Positions 58,093-64,000 of a stretch of DNA of 64,000 bases are shown in pieces. Every line of letters begins with the position of its first letter. The stretch's first letter is position 1. The stretch comes from Betaproteobacteria bacterium (GTDB taxonomy: Bacteria; Pseudomonadota; Gammaproteobacteria; Burkholderiales; SG8-39): contig SCTX01000098.1 in assembly GCA_004298385.1 (NCBI GenBank), positions 22,309 to 86,308 on the forward strand. The letters run 5' to 3'. The position numbers and the translations under genes were made by a program. The notes below the pieces were generated by a model that worked only from the letters and a program-made list of their open reading frames with translations, was not told the DNA's origin and did no database searches.

Positions 58093-58757
58093 ACCGCCGC
58101 AGCCATCCTCAGGTGCAAGGCATAGGCATGACCTCGCGGCGCACACGCGCGCGCATGGTCGAGCGCCTGCGCAAGGAAGGGATCACGGACGAAACCGTGC
58201 TTGCGGCACTGGGTACCGTGCCGCGCCACTTGTTTGTCGAGGAGGCGCTGGCAAGCCGCGCGTACGATGATGATGCGCTGCCGATCGGTTTTTCGCAGAC
58301 CATCTCCCAGCCCTATGTCGTCGCCCTGATGATCCAGACGCTGCGAGCCGGGCGCGAGCTGGGCAAGGTGCTGGAGGTGGGCACCGGTTGCGGCTACCAG
58401 GCGGCGGTGCTGGCGCGGGTGGCGACCGAAGTGTATTCGGTCGAGCGCATTGCGCCGCTGCTGGCCAAGGCGCGCGCCAATCTGCGCGGCCTGCGCTTGT
58501 CCAATCTGAGGCTGAAGCACGGTGACGGCAATCTCGGCCTGGCCGAAGCCGCGCCCTTCGATGCCATCATCCTCGCCGCCGCCACCCCGGAGCTGCCGCA
58601 GGCGCTGTTGCAGCAGCTCGCTCCGGGCGGCAGGATGATCCTGCCGTTCGGCTCTTCCGCGCAGGTACTGCGGCTGGTGGAACGTACCCGCGCGGGTTTC
58701 AGCGAAACCACGCTGGACGCCGTCCGTTTCGTGCCCATGCTGATGGGGGTGGAGTGA
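58089..58757 (+). CDS. pcm: Protein-L-isoaspartate O-methyltransferase
   Basis: SAM-binding [20 protein letters not shown] overlap with surE. Confidence 0.9.
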   Translation: MNRRSHPQVQGIGMTSRRTRARMVERLRKEGITDETVLAALGTVPRHLFVEEALASRAYDDDALPIGFSQTISQPYVVALMIQTLRAGRELGKVLEVGTGCGYQAAVLARVATEVYSVERIAPLLAKARANLRGLRLSNLRLKHGDGNLGLAEAAPFDAIILAAATPELPQALLQQLAPGGRMILPFGSSAQVLRLVERTRAGFSETTLDAVRFVPMLMGVE

Positions 58758-59710
58758 AGCGCGCATCGGCTTTGCCGTGCTGTGCCGCCGCAGTGGCGTT
58801 GACGCTCGCCGGCTGCTCCAGCCGTCCGGTGCAGGCGCCGGTGATCGAACGCGCGCCGCCGGCCGTCACCCGGCCGGCGGCGCCCGCGGCCGATACGCGC
58901 TCCGAAACGTATACCGTCAAACACGGCGATACCCTGTTCAGCATCGCGCTCGACCAGGGCCACGACTACAAGGAACTCGCTGCCTGGAACAAGCTGGATA
59001 AGCCGAACCTCATTCATCCCGGCCAGCAACTGCGTCTGAAACCGCCGCCAGGCGTGCAGGAAGCGCCGGTGACGGTGAGTCCGATAACTTCATCGGGGCG
59101 GGTCGAGACGCGGCCACTCGGTGCGCAGGGCCCGGTGAGGGCAGACCCCGCGGCGCACCCGCCTAGCGCGCAGGAACCGGTCAAGTCCGAACCTCTGGCG
59201 CGCAAGCTCCCGTACTCGCCGGAGAACGTGGCGCTGTTGCAACGCGGTGAAACACGGCCGGGCGCAGGCCCCGTGCCTGCACCTGCGCCCGCATCGGCGC
59301 CGGCGCTGGCCGGGAAAACCGACGCCGATATAGATGAGGAGGACAAGGTCGAATGGGGCTGGCCGGTGCGCGGCAGGATCCTCGCCGGTTTCTCCGAGGC
59401 GAGCAACAAGGGTTTGGACATCGCCGGCACGCTCGGCGATCCAGTGATCGCCGCGGCTCCGGGGCGTGTGGTCTATAGCGGCAGCGGTTTGCGCGGCTAC
59501 GGCAAGCTCGTCATCATCAAGCACAACAAGACCTATCTGTCGGCCTACGCCCACAACAAGGACATTCTGGTGAAGGAGGGGCAGAGCGTGGTCAAGGGCC
59601 AGAAGATCGCGGAAATCGGCAGTACCGACACCGATGCGCCCAAGCTGCATTTCGAAATCCGCAAGCTCGGCAAGCCGGTGGATCCGGCCAGGTTCCTGCC
59701 CCCGTCGTGA
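58754..59710 (+). CDS. nlpD: Murein hydrolase activator lipoprotein NlpD (LysM + M23)
   Basis: Lipobox LAGCS, Lys[14 protein letters not shown] and an M23 C-terminal domain (KLHFEIR). The GTG start overlaps the pcm stop. Confidence 0.9.
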   Translation: MKRASALPCCAAAVALTLAGCSSRPVQAPVIERAPPAVTRPAAPAADTRSETYTVKHGDTLFSIALDQGHDYKELAAWNKLDKPNLIHPGQQLRLKPPPGVQEAPVTVSPITSSGRVETRPLGAQGPVRADPAAHPPSAQEPVKSEPLARKLPYSPENVALLQRGETRPGAGPVPAPAPASAPALAGKTDADIDEEDKVEWGWPVRGRILAGFSEASNKGLDIAGTLGDPVIAAAPGRVVYSGSGLRGYGKLVIIKHNKTYLSAYAHNKDILVKEGQSVVKGQKIAEIGSTDTDAPKLHFEIRKLGKPVDPARFLPPS

Positions 59711-60639
59711 CCCGGCCATCCTCCCACCCGGACGACGAAACCGAGGGCGAGGCCCAGGCCGTGCCCCTGGCCGCGGTGCGATCCGAGCCGCCCGACCCGG
59801 ACACCGAATTCCTGTCCGACGTCACCCAGATCTACCTGCACGAGATCGGGCTCAATCCGCTGCTCTCGCCCGAGGAGGAACTGACCTATGCGCGTCGCGC
59901 CGTCCACGGAGATTTTGCCGCGCGGCAGAAGATGATCGAGCGCAACCTGCGTCTGGTGGTGAACATCGCCAAGCATTACCTCAACCGCAGCGTGCCCCTG
60001 CTGGACCTGGTCGAGGAAGGCAATCTGGGATTGATGCACGCCCTGGATAAATTCGATCCCGAACGCGGCTTCCGCTTCTCCACCTATGCCACCTGGTGGA
60101 TACGCCAGAATATCGAGCGCGCGATCATGAACCAGTCGCGCACCATACGGCTGCCGGTCCACGTGATCAAGGAGCTCAATCTGGTGCTGCGCGCCAAGCG
60201 CCATTTGGAGGCGCACGCGGATCGGGAGGCGAGCGTCAACGACATTGCGCACTTGCTCGGCAAGCCGGCGGAGGAGATACGCAGCCTGCTGGCGCATAAC
60301 GAACACATGGCTTCGCTCGAAGCGCCGCTGGACATCGACCCGACGCTGTCGGTCGGTGAATCCATCTCCGACGAGCAGACGGTCAATCCGGAGGCCGGAC
60401 TGCAGACCCAGGAGATCGAGTCGCTGGTGCAGCAGTGGCTGGAACAGCTGAACGACAAACAGCGCAGCGTGATCGAGCGCCGCTTCGGCTTGAACAGCCA
60501 GAAAGTCTGCACGCTGGAGGAGCTGGCCGGGCAACTGGGCCTGACGCGCGAGCGCGTCAGGCAGATTCAACTCGAGGCGCTGGGGCAGTTGCGCCGCATC
60601 CTGCGCCGGAGCGGGCTGTCGAAAGATGTGCTGTTGTAA
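59707..60639 (+). CDS. rpoS: RNA polymerase sigma factor RpoS
   Basis: Regions 1.2-4 match RpoS closely (TQIYLHEIG, LVEEGNLGLMHALDKFDPERGFRFSTYATWWIRQ). It sits in surE-pcm-nlpD-rpoS synteny. The start is uncertain: GTG at 59707 overlapping the nlpD stop, or in-frame GTG at 59761. Confidence 0.9.
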   Translation: MTRPSSHPDDETEGEAQAVPLAAVRSEPPDPDTEFLSDVTQIYLHEIGLNPLLSPEEELTYARRAVHGDFAARQKMIERNLRLVVNIAKHYLNRSVPLLDLVEEGNLGLMHALDKFDPERGFRFSTYATWWIRQNIERAIMNQSRTIRLPVHVIKELNLVLRAKRHLEAHADREASVNDIAHLLGKPAEEIRSLLAHNEHMASLEAPLDIDPTLSVGESISDEQTVNPEAGLQTQEIESLVQQWLEQLNDKQRSVIERRFGLNSQKVCTLEELAGQLGLTRERVRQIQLEALGQLRRILRRSGLSKDVLL

Positions 60640-60661
60640 CGCCGCAGCGCAAATGCCGGAT

Positions 60662-61591
60662 TTATTGGTTGAGCGTCTCCGGCGGCTTGCGCTTCAGCGC
60701 CGCCGTATCGCCCGCGTCGCTGAACCCTTGAGCGAAATTGATATTCTTGTTCACTTCCTCGAGGTACAGGTTCTGCCCGCCGAAATGCTGCTGCGCGTAG
60801 GAATAGCAGCCGCCCAGGTCGAGATCGAGCCGCTTGGTCGCGCCCCGGAAAAAAATAGGCGTCTTGATGACCAGGTCCTCGCCCGAGGCAAACACCACCT
60901 GCTCTACTCCTTCGGGCGAGCGCTTGGTTGCGAGGCCGCCGGCGACGAACTCCGGATATAGGCGATCGCGGCATTTCTCGAGATAGCAGCGGTCGGCCAT
61001 TTGGGCGATGATGTCCGCCGAACCGAGCATGCTGCCCAGCAACCTGTAGATGGGAGAGGGCACGTTGATCTTCCCGACCGGCATCTCGTATCCGGTGAAG
61101 TGGATCAACTCGGCCGCGATATCGGCCATTTCCGGCATGCCGATTTTCGGCAAGTAGTCCTTGAGGAACACCGACCCGCGCGAAACGTGGGTGAGGGTGT
61201 ACTCGGCGCCGTTCTTGTGCTCGCGGTCCTTCAACTCGCGCACGTAGCCCATATCGTGGAACAGCGCGGTGATCACGCCCAGACGGAACAGGGAATCGCC
61301 GAAGGGCTCGGTGCCGACGCGCGAGCGCTCGTAGCCGTCGATCAGGCGCGCCATGGCGAGCGTTACGTCGAGAACGTGCTGGACGTCGTGATAGGCGGTG
61401 TCGCAGGGATGATATCCCGGGTACTCGCCTCGGTAGAGCCGGGTGAGGTCGCGGAACGCATGGTCGAGCAGATTGGTGGACGCGGACGGATAGAGTTCGA
61501 GATAGATGCGGTCCACTTCTTCATTGACCACTTTTGCATCGGTGGTATTGAAGCGGGAACTGACGTCGAAATCGTTACCGCGATAACTCAT
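60662..61591 (-). CDS. HD-domain-containing hypothetical protein (metal-dependent phosphohydrolase fold)
   Basis: YHDVQHVLDV .. LFHDMGY, the H...HD...D pattern. 309 aa. I recognise no more specific family. Confidence 0.6.
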   Translation of the reverse strand: MSYRGNDFDVSSRFNTTDAKVVNEEVDRIYLELYPSASTNLLDHAFRDLTRLYRGEYPGYHPCDTAYHDVQHVLDVTLAMARLIDGYERSRVGTEPFGDSLFRLGVITALFHDMGYVRELKDREHKNGAEYTLTHVSRGSVFLKDYLPKIGMPEMADIAAELIHFTGYEMPVGKINVPSPIYRLLGSMLGSADIIAQMADRCYLEKCRDRLYPEFVAGGLATKRSPEGVEQVVFASGEDLVIKTPIFFRGATKRLDLDLGGCYSYAQQHFGGQNLYLEEVNKNINFAQGFSDAGDTAALKRKPPETLNQ

Positions 61592-61788
61592 TCTTGCCTC
61601 CGCAGCGCCGGGCGCTCAAACCATCGGGTCGAGGATGCGTCCGGCGGTTGATTCTTGGTACCGTTGAAATTATCCCGCATGATGCAAACGCGGGGCGATT
61701 TTTTCGCCGTTTGTTACAATTTTTGACAATTGCCGTGGCCGGGCGAAACAGCAAATCCGAATATTGGACCAATAGAACCCGGACGGGT

Positions 61789-62505
61789 TCAAGTCTTGAG
61801 GGTGAACGGGCTGAAGTCGGTATTGCGGTCATAGTAATCCTCGTGCTCGGCTCGCTTGAGCGCGTTGACTACCACATAGGTGACCGGGGTGAATACCACT
61901 TCCACGCCTACCTTGATCAGGAACTGCGCCAGCATTACCACGGGCAGCTTGTCGTCGGGGATGATGCCGGCGCCATAGAAAGCGAGCGGATAGAACAGCG
62001 CCGAGTCCACCGCCTCGCCGAAAATGGTAGAGCCGATGGTGCGGGTCCACAGCCACTTGCCCGCGGTGAGGATTTTCATTTTCGCGAGCACGTAGGAGTT
62101 GACGAATTCGCCGCAGAAATAGGCGAACATGGAGGCAAGGACGATGCGCCAGGTCGAGCCGAAGGCGATCTCGTACGCGCCCTGGTGGTCCCAAAACGGC
62201 GCCGGCGGCAGCGCCACCACCACCGCCGCCATGAACGACGCAAAGGCGAGGCCCGCGAATCCGGCCCAGATCACCTTGCGCGCGCGGGCGTAGCCATAGA
62301 CTTCGGTGAGAATGTCGCCGAAGACATACGATATGGGGAAGAACAGCGCGCCGGCGCCGAACGTAACCACGCCCAGGAGCGGCAGATCTATCTGCGCGAT
62401 CTTCGCCGGACCGATCAGATTGGAGCAGATCAGGACCGTGACGAAGGCGGACATGACGAGCTCGTAATAGCGGTACTGTCGCGCCTGGTGGGCGGGTTGA
62501 TTCAT
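61789..62505 (-). CDS. yhhQ: Queuosine-precursor transporter (YhhQ/DUF165, VUT family)
   Basis: Polytopic protein with FPISYVFGDILTEVYGY and the family C-terminal blocks. Confidence 0.8.
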   Translation of the reverse strand: MNQPAHQARQYRYYELVMSAFVTVLICSNLIGPAKIAQIDLPLLGVVTFGAGALFFPISYVFGDILTEVYGYARARKVIWAGFAGLAFASFMAAVVVALPPAPFWDHQGAYEIAFGSTWRIVLASMFAYFCGEFVNSYVLAKMKILTAGKWLWTRTIGSTIFGEAVDSALFYPLAFYGAGIIPDDKLPVVMLAQFLIKVGVEVVFTPVTYVVVNALKRAEHEDYYDRNTDFSPFTLKT

Positions 62506-62841
62506 CGGCGGCCTCGATAAGGGGTGCGCTATTAGACTCCGTTCGGCGCATGCGGGTCAATTGCTGCAGGTTCGCAAAACGTTCGGCCTTGCCCCGGCCT
62601 GACTATAGTTCATGCGATAGTGGACGTATCATTTCATTGCAAGCCTTGAACCGGAGTTACCCATAAACCGGAGCGAACGAATTATGCACGGGCAAGCTAA
62701 AGGTCCACAGGGAGTACTACGGCAGGTATTTCGTGACGCCGCCAGAAAGCGTGCGCTGTCACAGGCGCGGGCTGGACGCGGAATGGGAGTGTAACGAGCG
62801 GTGAGTGTGTAAATACGCCACATGGCAGGTTCGTGACATGG

Positions 62842-63861
62842 TTAATCAGAGCTTCCCTTTCTTGTATAAGCCGATTTCACCGCCTGCGCGAGTTCCAGCA
62901 CCGCAGCGGCATACAGGCTGGAGCGATTGTAGCGCGTGAGCACGTAGAAATTGGTGAGGCCTACCAGGTATGCGCTCGCCTCCCCAGGCGATTCCAGTTC
63001 GATCAAGGCGCACGGCGCCTCCGGGCGGATCTCGCCGCTCGTGCTCACGCCGAATGCTGAGAGGTCGCCGCAGCGGTAATTGGGCTTGATGCCGGCGTCG
63101 ACCAGCCTGCGGTATTTTCCTCCCTGCACCTGCGCGGCGAAGGCCACCGGCTGGCCCGTCTCCCAGCCGTGCGCTTGCAGAAAATTGGCGACGCTGCCGA
63201 TGGCGTCGGCGAAGCTGCCGGAGAGGTCCTGCTTGCCGTCGCCATCAAGATCGACGGCGTAGCGGCGGTAGCTGCCGGGCATGAACTGGGGAATGCCGAT
63301 AGCGCCGGCATACGAACCCTTCAGCGCGAGCGTGTCGATGCCGGCGTCGCGCGCGTACAGCAGGAAATGCTCCAGCTCGCCGCGGAAGAATTCGGCGCGC
63401 GGCGGGTAGTCGAAGGCGAGGGTGATCAGGGCGTCGATGACGCGGTAGCCGCCGGTGTTGCGGCCGTACTCGGTTTCCACGCCGATGATAGCGACGACGA
63501 TTTCTTCGGGAACGCCATAGAGCTGGGCGGCGCGGGCGAGCGCCTCGCGCTGCCGCTCGCGGAATTCGACGCCGGCCCGGATGCGTTGCGGCGTAAGGAA
63601 CAGCGCGCGATAGGCCTGCCAGGATCGGGCGCGCGGATCGATCGGCGGGGTGATGGAATTAATGATCGCCGGCTGGAAGCGCGCTTTGGAAAACAGCGCG
63701 CGCAGTTCTTTTCTGACAAAACCGTGCTTGTCCGCCATCTCGGCGATGAACTGGCGCACGTCTTCGCGCTTGGCGTACTGCGCGGCTGCGGTGGCGGCGG
63801 TGATGGAGGACGACAGCGCCAAGGCGAGCAGCACGCTCGGCAGGCGCGCGGGCCGGCTCAA
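62842..63861 (-). CDS. mltB: Lytic murein transglycosylase B
   Basis: SLT_2 blocks VETEYGRNTG and GAIGIPQFMPGSYRRYAVDLDGDG, with a signal peptide at the TTG start. Confidence 0.85.
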   Translation of the reverse strand: MSRPARLPSVLLALALSSSITAATAAAQYAKREDVRQFIAEMADKHGFVRKELRALFSKARFQPAIINSITPPIDPRARSWQAYRALFLTPQRIRAGVEFRERQREALARAAQLYGVPEEIVVAIIGVETEYGRNTGGYRVIDALITLAFDYPPRAEFFRGELEHFLLYARDAGIDTLALKGSYAGAIGIPQFMPGSYRRYAVDLDGDGKQDLSGSFADAIGSVANFLQAHGWETGQPVAFAAQVQGGKYRRLVDAGIKPNYRCGDLSAFGVSTSGEIRPEAPCALIELESPGEASAYLVGLTNFYVLTRYNRSSLYAAAVLELAQAVKSAYTRKGSSD

Positions 63862-64000
63862 ACGCTGAACTCCCGCACCAGCACGCGCAGCTCGGCCAGC
63901 ATGCGCGGGTCTGCCCGTTCGCCGTAGCGCAGCGCAATGTAGCGCTCGCCGATGGCGCGTATGAGATCCGCCTTGAACGGATAGCGCTCGGCCGCGCGCG
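63858..64000 (-). CDS. 3' end of an unidentified gene (5' part outside window)
   Basis: The minus-strand frame is open to the window edge and reads ..RAAERYPFKADLIRAIGERYIALRYGERADPRMLAELRVLVREFSV*. GC3-rich codons. The stop overlaps the mltB TTG start (TTGA). I do not recognise the product. Confidence 0.35.
   Translation of the reverse strand, partial: RAAERYPFKADLIRAIGERYIALRYGERADPRMLAELRVLVREFSV

Noticed and set aside
62506-62570. preQ1 riboswitch upstream of yhhQ
   Set aside because: I could not find the conserved P1 stem or the A-rich tail with CUA(A/G)GG, so there is no acceptable preQ1-I fold.
62629-62823. 64-aa minus-strand ORF in the mltB-yhhQ spacer
   Set aside because: It has no RBS, is Cys/Arg-rich with an odd composition, and I recognise no homology.

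Overview
GC-rich chromosomal segment. The gene order looks betaproteobacterial (folC-dedD-cvpA-purF-metZ; hrcA-hemH-grpE-dnaK-dnaJ; thrS-infC-rpmI-rplT-pheST-ihfA-merR-tRNA-Pro; surE-pcm-nlpD-rpoS), but that taxonomic call is an inference from synteny only. The window is almost entirely housekeeping and densely coded. I call about 63 CDS (two of them partial at the window edges), 2 tRNAs (Val-GAC, Pro-GGG) and 1 integrase pseudogene. I found no CRISPR array, no intact IS or transposase, and no recognisable defence system. Because of the GC content, many long antisense ORFs in the track are artefacts, and several track ORFs are N-terminally over-extended; I re-set those starts from the sequence. 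The less ordinary content is: (1) a ~15 kb anaerobic-metabolism block between tRNA-Val and thrS, made of dctPQM, a translationally coupled four-gene PFOR cluster (fused NfnA/NfnB-like flavoprotein, zinc-ribbon rubrerythrin-like protein, 1212-aa PFOR, DHOD-like protein lacking the catalytic motif) and a divergent E. coli-type frdABCD; the 620-bp divergent spacer carries two identical-type FNR boxes plus other repeats. (2) A 77-nt direct repeat (88% identical, ungapped) sitting in front of both sulfate-assimilation operons; one copy abuts a truncated, frameshifted integrase next to tRNA-Pro. (3) An orphan minus-strand intrinsic terminator preceded by a hairpin with a CCUCCUCCUCC loop, which I read as a candidate anti-Shine-Dalgarno sRNA, next to a 23-bp perfect palindrome. 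(4) A terminator-containing metZ leader that resembles a SAM-II riboswitch. (5) Smaller items: an infC ATC start, sigma-32 promoters, REP-like 21-bp hairpins, and an SDR-fold protein without the YxxxK catalytic pair. None of these is proven; each finding lists a decisive check.
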